Source: Scyliorhinus canicula
Lineage: Eukaryota
Length of the DNA stretch: 64,000 bases
Assembly: GCF_902713615.1 (NCBI RefSeq)
Contig: NC_052152.1
Span: 149,594,815 to 149,658,814 of the forward strand
Direction: 5' to 3'
In this document: positions 12,250 through 23,296 of the stretch, in pieces
Layout: the number at the start of each line of letters is the position of its first letter
Numbering within the stretch: position 1 is the first letter of the stretch
Translations under genes and position numbers: made by a program
Notes under the pieces: model-generated
The model's input: only the letters and a program-made list of their open reading frames with translations
Told to the model about the DNA's origin: nothing
Database searches by the model: none

Positions 12250-12734
12250 GAACCTTGATATAGTTGATGTGCATCATTCACCCAATATTTAAAAAAAAAT
12301 AATGTGCAGTCTACCACTTGTCTGAGTGAAATTTGGGCCAGGAACATCATAACCCTCATAAACTGCCCTAACAGTGACAGACCAATGCGCCGCATCGCGA
12401 TCAGAGCTCAAAGTTACGCCACGCCATTGGCATTTCCATCCCAAGTGAGATATAACATGCAGTAGAAGGCTTTCTGAAGGAGCAAGGCTCTTTTTTTTGG
12501 AAGGGGTCTGCTTAACCATCAAAATGTATCTTGCCTGGTGCCTTGGTGACGCACCCTGTGAGATAATTGAGCACTTCATGACCATCGGGTCCACGCTAAG
12601 AAGAATCAGCATGCGACTATCATCAGCGCAGAAGCTGCTACACTTGAGGCGACAGATAAGATCAAGGAGGAATTCTGCACCAACCTTGGGCATCCCCCAA
12701 TCGGAGTCACAGAAGGTAACAAATGGATTTAAAA

Positions 12735-12987
12735 ACAAAATAGTGCAGATGCTGGGAATCTGAAATAAAATCAGAATATGCTGGATAAACTCAGCAGGAT
12801 TGGCAGCATCTGTAGAGAGAGGAGCAGAGCTAATATTTTGGATCTAAATGATCCATCAACAGGACTACAGAACTCTTTCCACAGAGCAGTTCTGCTGGAG
12901 GATCATTTAGATCTGAAACATTAACTCTGTGTCTCGATACAGATGGTGCCAGACCTCCTGAGTTTATCCAGCATCTTCTGCTTTTGC
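12735..12987. repeat. Penelope-derived palindrome (two inverted terminal arms)
   Basis: GCTGGATAAACTCAG...GATCTAAATGATCC pairs with GGATCATTTAGATC...CTGAGTTTATCCAGC; the arm matches the terminus of the Penelope remnant at ~30590-30680. Confidence 0.7.
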
Positions 12988-13010
12988 AACAAATTGATCC
13001 CCCTCGTAGA

Positions 13011-13240
13011 TTTTTTTTTAATAAATTTAGATTACCCAATTATTTTTTCCAATTAAGGGGCAATTTAGCATGGCCAATCCACCTACTCTACACATTTTTG
13101 GGTTGTGGGGGCGAAACCCACGCAGACACGGGGAGAATGTGCAAACTCCACACGGACAGTGACCCAGAGCCGGGATCGAACCTGGGACCTCAGCGCCGTG
13201 AGGCGGTTGTGCTAACCACTAGGCCACCGTGCTGCCCCCC
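13011..13240 (-). mobile_element. HE1-like SINE (short-tail type)
   Basis: Near-consensus copy flanked by the direct repeat CCCCCTCGTAGATTTT. Confidence 0.9.
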
Positions 13241-13402
13241 CCCCCCTCGTAGATTTTAACACCCGAGCCAGGAGGGTGTAATTCTCTGGAAGGTGTGATA
13301 GTTAAGGTATGTGTAGTGAAAGAAAACTCCAGTAGAGTCCTCCTCGAACAAAACGTCTCGAAAAATACCTTGTCATAACCAACAGCCCATTTTGCCTGTG
13401 GG

Positions 13403-13530
13403 ACATAAGAACATAAGAACTAGGAGCAGAAGTAGACCATCTAGATCTTTAAGCCTGCTCCGCCATTCAATGAGATCATGGCTGATCTTTTGTGGACTCA
13501 GCTCTACTTTCCTGCCCGAACACCATAACC
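13403..13530 (-). mobile_element. CR1 LINE extreme 3' end
   Basis: (CATAAGAA)n tail plus GCTCCGCCATTCAATGAGATCATGGCTGAT, homologous to 56722-56800. Confidence 0.75.
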
Positions 13531-14464
13531 AGTCAATGATGGACATGTCCCACACCAAGGTGGAGTCGCCAGGACTGGCAGCGCAAGATGACTGAAAGGC
13601 CTCCGGAGCTCATTCCACCTGCCCCTCTGTCCCATGGAGTCACCCAGTGCCCATGGGCACCATCAAGGAGGAGGAAGCACTGGAGGAAAACCCTCAGCTG
13701 CTATCAAGAAGACAACGGAAGTCTCCAGTTCTCCAGTTCTTCAGAATCCCCCGCGCCTGACACTGGCACATGTCAAGAGCACCGGACATAACAATGGCGA
13801 TGCCAGTGACATCAATAAGTCATCCAGGGCCCCCCTGGCTCCAGGCTCTTCAAAGGACATCCACCAACGGCATCAAAGGCCACAGGGTGCGGAAGGCAGC
13901 AAGTTGCCGCCACCTCTGATGTGCACCCTGGGGACACACCTAGATGTAGCAGTGGACCATGAAAGAGCAAGGAGAGATATGAGCACTGAGGGGACACTGG
14001 TGAGGGCACTATCTCTAGCTCGGGTGAATGGAAATCTTTCACAGTAAAATGTTCACGATTAAAACATGTCACACCTCATACTCCTGTAGTCTCTAATAAC
14101 ACTAATCTTCACTGTGGGCCTGCCCTCACCCCTTCTTCCATGTTTCCCTGCCCCTGGCATAGTGGTCCATGATCAAATGTCCCCGATGCGGACCCCGTTC
14201 AGAGGATGATGTGAGGTGAGCGCGCTGTCAACAGAAAGATGGGAGTCAGACTTGAGCAGAAACTGAAAAGCACTAGAGCTTTCCTTACAGCAAGTTATCA
14301 TCACTCTCCTGCCTTGTGTGCTGACCTGCTGACTCTTGGACGGTGGTACAGGGTGGTCAAGGTGAGGGCATTGTGATGGGGGTGCAGGGAAGTGAGAGAT
14401 TGGTGGGGAGGAGGGAAATTGGTAAGGGGGATTGGGTGGTTACGCTGACGGATGCAGCTTGTCC

Positions 14465-15500
14465 TATGAAAATCTAGAGATGATGAAAGCATCTCTGGCC
14501 CTCCTAGCATGACGGACCCTTGACACCACCTATCTTCCATTCTCCAGCTCCTCCTCAGCCTCATTCTCCAGCACCTCCTTGCCTGCCTCCTCCTCCTCAG
14601 CTGAGGCCCCATGTCCCTCCTCCTGCAGCATGTCACTCTACTGCTGTGCCAAGTTGTGAAGGGAACAGACGACTACTACAAAGTAGGAGACCCTGTGGGA
14701 GGTGCACCCCAGGGCACCATGAGAATGGGCCAGGCATCAGAACCGCTGTTTCAGCAGTCCGATGCACTGCTCAATGACAGCACCAGTGGTAAAGTGGGCC
14801 TTACCATGACAGATCTCAGCTTCAGGATCAGGCCTCCACACCAGTGTCATCAGTCATGAACTCAGCGAGTATCCATTGCCCCCACGAGCCAACCCCACAT
14901 CCTAGGCTGGTCCTTGAAGACATCAGGGATGTCCGAGTGCCCCAGGATGTAGCCATCATACATGATCCCTGGAGTAGAACCCCTTCCTGTTGATAAAAGG
15001 CATTACCTGATTCCCCTAGGTGCACAGAATGACAGGAATGCCATCAATCACCCCCTGGTTGCAGGGCATCCCGCGATGGCAACAAACCCTGCGACCCAGG
15101 CATTGTGGTGAGCCTGGTCCAGCTTGAAGGTGACATAGTTGGAAGCCTGGGCAGAAAGAGCATCCATCACCTCCTGAATGCACCTGTGGGCTGTAGATTG
15201 TGTTATACCACACATATCCCTGCTCGAGCCCTGGAATGAACCATTGCCATAAATATTGAGGGCTGCAGTGAGCTGCATGGCCACCGGGATTTTGGTATCC
15301 TCCTCCTCCACCGAGTGCCAAATTGATGAGAACGTGGCACAGGTGCCACACTGTTTTTATGCTGAAACACAGTCTTCCGCACGATATGGTGTCCGTCAGT
15401 TCATTGAATGACCAACGATACTTGTACATCTTGCACCATTCCTGGCCTCCCCTTCTGAGTCCCTCCTTAGCCTAATGGATATCCAGGTCTTCAGGATGCG
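14465..15500 (-). pseudogene. Harbinger (HARBI1-like) DDE transposase, multiply disabled
   Basis: LTAALNIYGNGSFQ..SRDMCGITQSTAHRCIQEVMDAL; QGVIDG; FINRKGFYS; GWLVGGNGY; VIEQCIGLLKQRF*CL; CSLHNLA; acidic tail. Confidence 0.9.
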
Positions 15501-15899
15501 CGGCAGCCCTCTGCACATGAGGTGCCACCTCCAAGTCTGCGTTGTCACTGTTCCCTTCTCCAGTGTCTGCCCACCTCGTTTGCCACTAGCAGTGTGAGTG
15601 CAGCATCCGCGGGACCGATACCAGAAAACATTTTGATCTAGAACGAATTGGAGAGACCATCCAGGGGTACCGTGCTCAGGTTCCCTCCGCCGATCCGCAC
15701 ACTCACCCATTGGTCGTGAGGATATCCCAGTGCTGAAAACTTGCTCTTTCGTGTTTGATTGTTGGCAGCTGCGTCAATGGTGATGACGCTCCCAGAATTC
15801 AGGCGCACTGTTCAGGCATCAAAGTTTGCTTGACATGCAATGCACTAAACATCCTCCAGGCATGACACGTGTGCGCTCAGGGAAGCACTTGAGAGTTGA

Positions 15900-16644
15900 T
15901 TTTTTTTTTTAATGAAATGGTCAACACTAACAAAGATTTAAAAATCAACTAAGGAATATTCCACATATCACACTAACCATTAAACAACAAGGAAACGTCA
16001 CCGTTCCATATTGGTATCAATACAAAGTTATATCAGCTCATTATCACGAAAAAACAAATGCTTGGGTTCACCCCTCGCAAATTCCTCAACAGGAACAGGG
16101 ATAAGCCTGAGAATATGTTATCATGCCCAGATCTTTGTCATAAATATGATCTGTCCATCAATATGTGACTTGTTCCACATATCAGTGCCATTCTCCATCC
16201 AGGAGTCACAGCTGTGGAGGCCCTCCCACACGGCCCAATCTCACCGGAATCAAAATCCTGGCATCCACATATTCCACTGGCACCCAGGGTGCAGTTGAAC
16301 TTGACTTCCAGCGTGTTTAACACATGATGGCGTGTCAGTTATATGGCAGCACTCACCACACCAGCAACAAAAGCATCAGCAATCTGCGAAAGCATTTCTT
16401 CAAGGAGGTTGGTGGGTGGTCCATTTGGATCAATGTCATGCACCAGGGCCGCAGAGTTTTCTTGCTTCAAACTGGATTGCCTTCTGAACTCATACATCCC
16501 CCCTGAACTCGGTATTCCAGGACCAAGGTAACTCAGAAAAAAATTGTCCTTTCCGGCGACAAAAATGGAAGGAAACAGCAACAGCAGCCTCCAGACATCT
16601 ACAGCCACCAGCAGGACGAGTAAGCAGCAAACACAGCCAGCGGC
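15900..16644 (-). pseudogene. TAF12: Processed pseudogene of TFIID subunit 12 (histone-fold), with frameshifts and stops
   Basis: Spliced-together frames read GCMSSEGNPV*SKK / LVHDIDPN..LLEEMLSQIADAFVAGVVSAAI*LTRHHVLNTLEVK / VQLHPGCQWNMWMPGF / DSGEIGP...WRMALI, versus vertebrate TAF12 LVREVDPNEQLDEDVEEMLLQIADDFIESVVTAACQLARHRKSSTLEVKDVQLHLERQWNMWIPGF...RMALI. No introns; A-tract at 15900-15910. Confidence 0.9.
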
Positions 16645-17609
16645 TGTGAAGTGCTCTCACAACTAACAATAGCCTTGAGCAATGAATCTAGAGGCTGCTC
16701 ACAGTCAAATGGGGTGAAATTGCCTTTCAGCATAAAAGCCACAGCAGGGCCCTGTCTGGGAAGAGTTTGGTAGGACAGACAGGCAGCAGCTGTAGTTGCC
16801 CCTGTTACAGGGTGTCCACAATATTTAAACATGGTTTCGAAGACCTCGCAGACGCAAACTCCTCACCCCCCGGCCTAGGGGTGACTCCTGACCTGGAACG
16901 CCTCAGTGCCCTGAGCAAGCCCAAGCCCCCTGTGTGGGCTCGATCCCGTCCGAGCAATGGGCCAGCAGCAGCTTCTGTGGCCTTGAGCTGTATGCCAGAA
17001 AATGGAAATAGCTACTCACCTCATCACCGCCCCTCAGAGGCATCATGCCATCTTCGAGTTTTTGAAAAGGCGAATTAAATGATGCCTGCGTGACTTCTCA
17101 GTGGCCTGCCACGTAATTCGCGGGAGGTCACCGCATTCAACTTCAATCTCATTAATAACATTGAAATAAATGCAAATGAGAGTTGGGCCGGGTGAATCGT
17201 AAAATGGTTCATGCAAGTCCCGAATCTTGATTTTGCCTTCATGCACTATTCGCCTGGCTTGCCCGGATCCGAGCCAGGCCCAATGCGGTCGCTAAATCGC
17301 GCCCTGAGTGTTAAAGATTTATCGCTTTAAATACACACACTCTCTCCAGCATTGGCCACTTAATAATGATTAAGAACAAGAACGGCAGCAAATGTCTCTT
17401 CCCTAACTCCACGACACTGAGACCAATTGCATTTCCTCTTGAGCAACTCCAACTGAGATTAATTCACTGCACAGACTGAAACTACCTCATAGTTCCAAAA
17501 CAAATTAACTCAACGTGCAGCCTCTCAATGCAAGTAGCTGATGAAAATGGCACCAGACGTAATATTTCATTTTCCCTCAGAAAATTCACGGCCACTTTAA
17601 TGTCTTAGT

Positions 17610-18235
17610 GGGATTCAAAAGGCACTAGGTTAGAATGCTGTCAAGTGCCATTATGAACCAAAATCTGACACTGATGCACATAAGTAGGTATTAGGTCAGA
17701 TAACCAAAAGCTGATTCCAGGCTGAAAGCTTTAATGAACATGTAAAAAGAGGAAAGAATGGGAGAGAGGTGGAAAGGTTTTAGTGAGCAAATTCCAGAGC
17801 TTAGGGCCAAGGCCGCTGAAGACACGGCCACTATTAGTGGACTGATTAAAATTGCGACTACTCAAGATGCCAGAATTTCCAGAGTGCAGATATATTGGAG
17901 CGTTGTAAGGTTGGGCGGGAAAATTACAGAACGATGAAGGCATGGAAGGTTTTGAAAACAAAGTTGATTTTAGTATTTCATGAGTGTTTTAAGATTGAGT
18001 CACTTCTTCATTGAGATTCGATATAGGTCAGTGAGCATAGGAAAGATGTGAAGCGAGACTTGTTGCAAGTTAAGACACATTTTAAAAGGGTAGAACCAGG
18101 GAGGGAGCCAAACTGTGTACTGGAATAGCCAAGCCTGATTGATGACAAAAACATGGATGAGGATTTCAGCAGTGTGTTAGGGAATGTTACTGAGATGGAA
18201 ATAGTGACAGTGTGGATATGTGGTACAAACTTCAA
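17610..18235 (-). mobile_element. L2 LINE 3' fragments, old
   Basis: GRVFSGLGPKLWNLL (L2 C-terminal W-N motif) and RLGYSS...GSLP. Confidence 0.6.
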
Positions 18236-18489
18236 AAATTAACCCAAAGTTCCAAACAGGCTGCTGCAACTTCAGACAATCTCCAAAGAGACAGGTGGAG
18301 ACAGCAGTTGGAAGTTAGAGGGCACAATTCAACCAAGACATTTCTATGATCCGGTCTCAGGCACATTTCACGGAGTGTCTCTTGGCGGCCGCAGAGGCAC
18401 TTTGCCATTTTCCTGGCCTTAGGGAATTTCTCTCTGCTGAACCACACATACATGATTTCCTGTTTGCGTGCTGAAAGACTCCTCTCGGA

Positions 18490-20320
18490 CAAAGTCCCGT
18501 CATCACATTGAGGATACCCTCCATCATGTTGTGTGGCACTACCACCGTGCTAAATGGGATAGACTTTGAGAAGATCTAGTAACTCAAGACTGAGCATCCA
18601 TGATGCGCTGTGAGCCATTAGCAGCAACAGAATTTTATTTAACCACAATCTGCAACCTCGTTGCCCAGCATATGCCCCACTCTACCATTACCACCAAGCC
18701 AGGGGATCAACGCTGGTTCAATGAACAGCATGCCAGGAGCAACATCAGGCATACCAAAAAATGAGGTTTCAACCTAGTGAAGCTACAACACAGGTCTACT
18801 TGTGTGCCAAGCAGCATAAGTAGCAAGTAATAGCGAACCCACAATAACCGCATCAGATCTAAGCTCTGCAGTCCTACCACATCCACATCCAGCCGTGAAT
18901 GTGGTGGACAATTAAATAACTCGTTGGAGGAGGAAACTCCACAAATACCCCCATCCTCAATGATAGAGGAGCCCAGCACATATGTGCAAAGGACAAGGCT
19001 GAGGCGTTTGCAACAATCATCAGCCAGAAGTGCGAAGTGGACAATCCACCTGTGTCCTCAGGAATTCCCCAGCATCACAGATGTCAGTTTTCAGCCAATA
19101 CGGTTCACTGCACATGGTATTATAAAATGGCTGAAGGCATTGGATACTGTAAAGACTATGGGCCCTGATAATATCCGGCATTAGTACTGAACACTTGTAC
19201 TCCAGAGCTTGCTGCACCCCTAGCCGAGCTGTTTCAGTACAGCTACAACACTGGCATCTACCCGGCAATGTGGAAAATTGTCTAGGCATGAACTGTACAC
19301 ACGAAACAGGACTAAACCAACCCTGTCAATTACCGCCCTATCAGTCTACTCTCCATCATCAGCAAAGTGATGGAGGAGTCATCAACAGTGCTATGAAACG
19401 GCACTTACTTAGCAATAACCTGCTCATGGATACTCAGTTTGGGTTCCACCAGAGTCACTCAGCTTCTGACCTAATTACAGCCTAGGTTCAAACATGGACA
19501 AAAGAGCTGAATGCCAGAGGTGAGGTGAGAGTGAATGCCTTTGAATTTAAGGCAACATTTGACCAGGTATGGCATTCAGGTGCTCAGGCAAAACTGGAGT
19601 CAATGGGAATCAGGGGGAAAACTCTCCGCTAGTTGGAGTCATACCTGGCACTAAAGAAGATGGTTGTGGTAGTTGGCGGTTAATCATTTATCAGAAATTG
19701 AATTGGACTAGCCATATTAATACTGTGGTTAGCAGGGCAGGCCAAAAGCTCAGAATCCTAAGGTGAGTAACTCACCTCATGTTTCCCCAAAGCCTGAACA
19801 CCATCTGCAAGGCACAAGTCAGGAGTGTAATGGAATACCCTCCACTTGCCTGGATGAGTGCAGCTCCAACAACGCTCAAGAAGCTCAACACCATCCATGA
19901 CAACGCAATCTACTTGATTGCTCCACTTTCACAAACACTCAAACCTTCCACCAATAGTGGCAGCCATGTGTACCATCTACAAGATGCACTGCAGTGACTT
20001 GCTAAGGTTCCTTCGACAGCACCTCCAAGCCTAGGACCACTACCATCTCGAAGAAAAAGAGCAGCAGAGGTTTGGGAACCCCACCATCTGGAGGTTCCCC
20101 TCCAAGTCACTCACCACATAGACTTGGAAATATATCGCCCTTCCTTCACTGTCACTGAGGAAAAATCCTGGCACTCCCTCCCTAAGAGCACAGTGGGTGT
20201 ACCTAAATCTCAGGGACTGCAGCGGTTCAAGAAGGCAACTCACCACTAAATCCTGAAGGGCAACTAGGGATGGGCAATAAATGCTGGCCTAACCAGTGAT
20301 GCCCACATCCTGTAAATTAA
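18490..20320 (+). mobile_element. CR1/L2-clade LINE, degenerate, with internal deletion
   Basis: LKALDTVKTMGPDNI, NYRPISLLSIISKVM, QFGF, KLNWTSHIN; same family as 10530-11560. Confidence 0.88.
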
Positions 20321-20439
20321 TTAATTGTTTTTAAAAATAATCAGGGTGCCCGAATCTTCCCCCACTTTTAGGGTCTGCCTTGTTTTTGACCACGCCTCTT
20401 CCCCCCAAGCTTGGGAAGCCTGTAGGAAACCCCCCTCGC

Positions 20440-20868
20440 CCTCCTTCCACCTGATAAGGTCAAATCACTGGCAATTCCAACCTGGCACCTGGGCAACCTG
20501 GCACTGCCAGGGTGCCAGGCTGCCAGGCTGCCAGTGCAAAGGAACCCAGGTATAAGAGGAAGAGCCAGGGTATTGCCATGTCCTGTCCCCAACCACCCGG
20601 GGTTTCTAATGACCTGGGAAACTCCCTCCGGTTCCATCACGATTGTACTACAGTTGTATGGACCTGTAATAAACAGCGACCTGGTGAGGACTCCGAGGCA
20701 CAGCAGTTAGTTTCCCGGCACCGGGAGAATTCTGCAAACCACATACTTAGGCTCATTTGAATATGCTGATCTGGGTCATATCCAGTGAGGGTGAGATCCA
20801 AATCACAATGTCTCGTGAAGTTCCGTTGGACACCAAGTTGGGTGCGACAAGGCAGCTGAATCGCACCC
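20440..20868. mobile_element. Harbinger-type MITE remnant
   Basis: GGCACTGCCAGGGTGCCAG motifs and TIR-like CTGAATCGCACCC end. Confidence 0.5.
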
Positions 20869-20939
20869 AAAGTTTCTGATGGGGATTGAAAACAATAATT
20901 GCTAATTGCTGTTTCCAAAATACTTAAAGTGAGGAAATC

Positions 20940-21400
20940 AATTACTGGATGTTGGTCAAGCAGTCTGACAGTAAAGAGACGCTGGAGGGCTGAAGAATAG
21001 TGGATGTGCAGTAGAGTTGCGTGTCATCAGTCCACATGTGGAAACTGTTGCGGTGTTTTTGGAGGATGTTGCCAAGGGTCAGCATGTAGATGAACACTGT
21101 GGGTGAGGCATGCACAAGGATAGATCTTGGGGGATTCCTGAAGTAATGGTACAAGAGAGGGAAGAGAAGCCATTGCAGGTGGTTCCGCACCTACGACTGG
21201 TTAGACGGGAGAGAAACCAAACCATATCCAACCATATAACAGTTAAGAGGTGTTGAACAAAATGCTGTTATTAAAAGTGTGAAAGGTCACAAACAGGTTG
21301 AGAAGCCTGAGGTGATCTTCGTGGCAGCCAAATAGGATCTCATTTGTGACATTGGTAATAGTCGTTTGGTTCTGTGACAAGGTTGTAATGTGACTGGATG
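20940..21400 (-). mobile_element. L2 LINE RT fragment
   Basis: YMLTLGNILQKHRNSFHMWTDDTQLY matches the L2 HMYADDTQLY motif. Confidence 0.75.
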
Positions 21401-22074
21401 CTTTCATTATTATATTTGCATTATTTTAAATTCTATAACTCATTTCATTTAAATATTATTACTTCCATTATTGTTATGGGCTGCCAGCATTTTCCCTGTT
21501 GTAAACCAGTGTGTTATTCTCGAGTAATAAAAATGGCAATGAAATAAAGTGCAGTCGGAGTTAGTGTTTGACCATCCTCTTGCAATATAAATAGCAACTG
21601 GTGAACCGTTCGCCAATGGCATTCATATTTTGAGATTGTAAAGTGTTTTACAGTAGTGCTGAAGTAGATTTTAGCTGTACAGTGCATAGTGAATGTTTTA
21701 TTTTGTGGAATATTTTCTCCTATTTAAATGTTCAAATATCCTATCTGACATAGAAGAATGAAAACAAGACCAAATTATTTGCAGTTTATTTAATTGAATT
21801 AGTCCAAATAGGTACTTATTTTAACTTTTATTTTGTTACCGCAGTGAAAATATGTGAAACCTCAAATGGTGACTTTAAATATCTTAGGGCAGTGTTTTTC
21901 ACAGGTTTTTTTCCCAGGACCCACATTTACCAATCGACCAACCTTCACGACCCACACCAGCCGGCCTTCATGACCCACAGCGGCTGACCTTCACAACCGA
22001 CCCCAACTGACCTTCATGATACTCCATTACTAATTACCTTTAATGTGGCAGGTGAACCTGCTTGGTCCTCACAA

Positions 22075-22783
22075 TCTCATTTGCTTTGTCATTCAATGTT
22101 ACATTTCTGCTGAGGTTTTAAGCTGACGATGTAGGTTCTCGTTCTATAATTTGAAAAAAATCAAGAGGTTTGTCCTTGAACTCGCTGTGCTTCAAATGTG
22201 TGGTGGTATGAATGTGAGCACTGCCATTGGTGCAGAGCATGGGTTTCCCATTGGCTCTGGCTGGTCATGTGCCTCTCGTCTGATTGGCCGGGACTAGTCA
22301 TGTGACTGCTCACCAATTGGTCGAGAGGCAAGTAGACCCCGCCTCGGAGGCGGGGTATAAGTACCCAGAGTTCCCGGCGGTCGGCCTTACTCTGTAGTCG
22401 ACCACCGGGCTAACAACTAGCTGATTAAAGCCACAGTTCGGATCCTAATCGTGTCTTGAATCCAATTGATGGTACTTCAAAATGCTTTTGAAGTTTTGAG
22501 GGTTTTAATCTAACATTTGCCAGTACTTCACTATATATAATACACATGGACTTTGCATCCTGATTTACATTGGTACAATTAACAAAGCCACACGTCAAGA
22601 AACATCTTTTTACTATTTTGTTCCCAATTTCAATTTCTTCTTAATGGGTTGTTCATCACAGGCCCTGAAACACTGTATACTGTACTGCTTCGTCCTATCA
22701 TGGACTCGCCAACAGATTCAGTTGTGAGATCCTGGCCTGTTTGTGTCTCTGGCCCTATTTTCCTTATTACAAAATAATTCATC
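22075..22783 (-). pseudogene. Charlie/ZBED5-like transposase N-terminus (BED finger), disabled and split by an LTR
   Basis: GFVNCTNVNQDAKSMCIIYSEVLANVRLKPSKLQKH|LKHSEFKDKPLDFF reads through once the LTR and one TSD are removed. Confidence 0.8.
22199..22479 (+). mobile_element. Solo LTR
   Basis: TG...CA ends, 5-bp TSD AAATG, CCAAT/ATTGG boxes, TATAAG and ATTAAA. Confidence 0.88.
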
Positions 22784-22879
22784 TTCAGTTCTTCACACAA
22801 TCCTGTTGCTTTCTTGCTGGCAGTTACAAAATGGAGGAATCTCTCTTCTGTAATTTCCTGCTCAAACCATGGATCACAG

Positions 22880-23223
22880 AATAGATCATAGAATTTACAA
22901 TGCCGAAGGAGGCCATTTGGCCCTTCAAGTCGGCACCGGCCCTTACAAAGAGCACCCTACTCAAGCCCACATATTTACACTATCCCCGTGACCCAGTCAC
23001 CCCCACTCAACCTTTTTGGACACTAAGGGCAATTTAGCATCGCCAGTCCACCTAACCTGCACACCTTTGAACCGTGGGAGGAAACCGGAGCACCCGGAGG
23101 AAAGCCAGGCAGACATGGGGAGAATGCACAGACTCCACACAGATAGTGACCCAGCCAGGAATTTAACCTGCAATCCTGGAGCTCTGAAGCAACTGTGCTA
23201 ACCACTATGCTACCGTGCTGCCC
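22880..23223 (-). mobile_element. HE1-like SINE (long type)
   Basis: Head, core and CR1-like tail present. Confidence 0.85.
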
Positions 23224-23296
23224 ACAGGTGCGTGACCTTCTCTCTGCCACCTCTTCTATCGTTTGTATCTTAAAGGCCGGCCGTGGCTGGCATTCT

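Larger units (their letters stand above)
11600..12690 (+). mobile_element. RTE-clade LINE 5'/endonuclease remnant interrupted by two SINEs
   Basis: 12325-12690 resembles a decayed RTE APE domain (KFG.WNI.TL..PNSDRP.RR; FFWKG; NQHAT.IS...TL.ATD.IKEEF..NL); the 5' boundary is uncertain. Confidence 0.55.
13533..17304. mobile_element. PIF/Harbinger transposon (left end lost), carrying a TAF12 retrocopy
   Basis: Right TIR CGCTAAATCGCGCCC ends at 17304; decayed transposase (-) and ORF2 C-terminus (+); 15690-15899 and 16645-17304 are homologous (reverse complement) to 59060-59690 and 56355-56720. Confidence 0.85.

Noticed and set aside
16599-16832. ORF MFKYCGHPV... as a possible TAF12 N-terminus
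   Set aside because: The sequence is homologous to 59245-59460 in the sibling Harbinger, so it is transposon DNA outside the retrocopy.
21935-22025. Short ~22-bp periodic repeats, superficially array-like
   Set aside because: No unique spacers and no cas genes; these are hAT subterminal repeats in a eukaryotic context.
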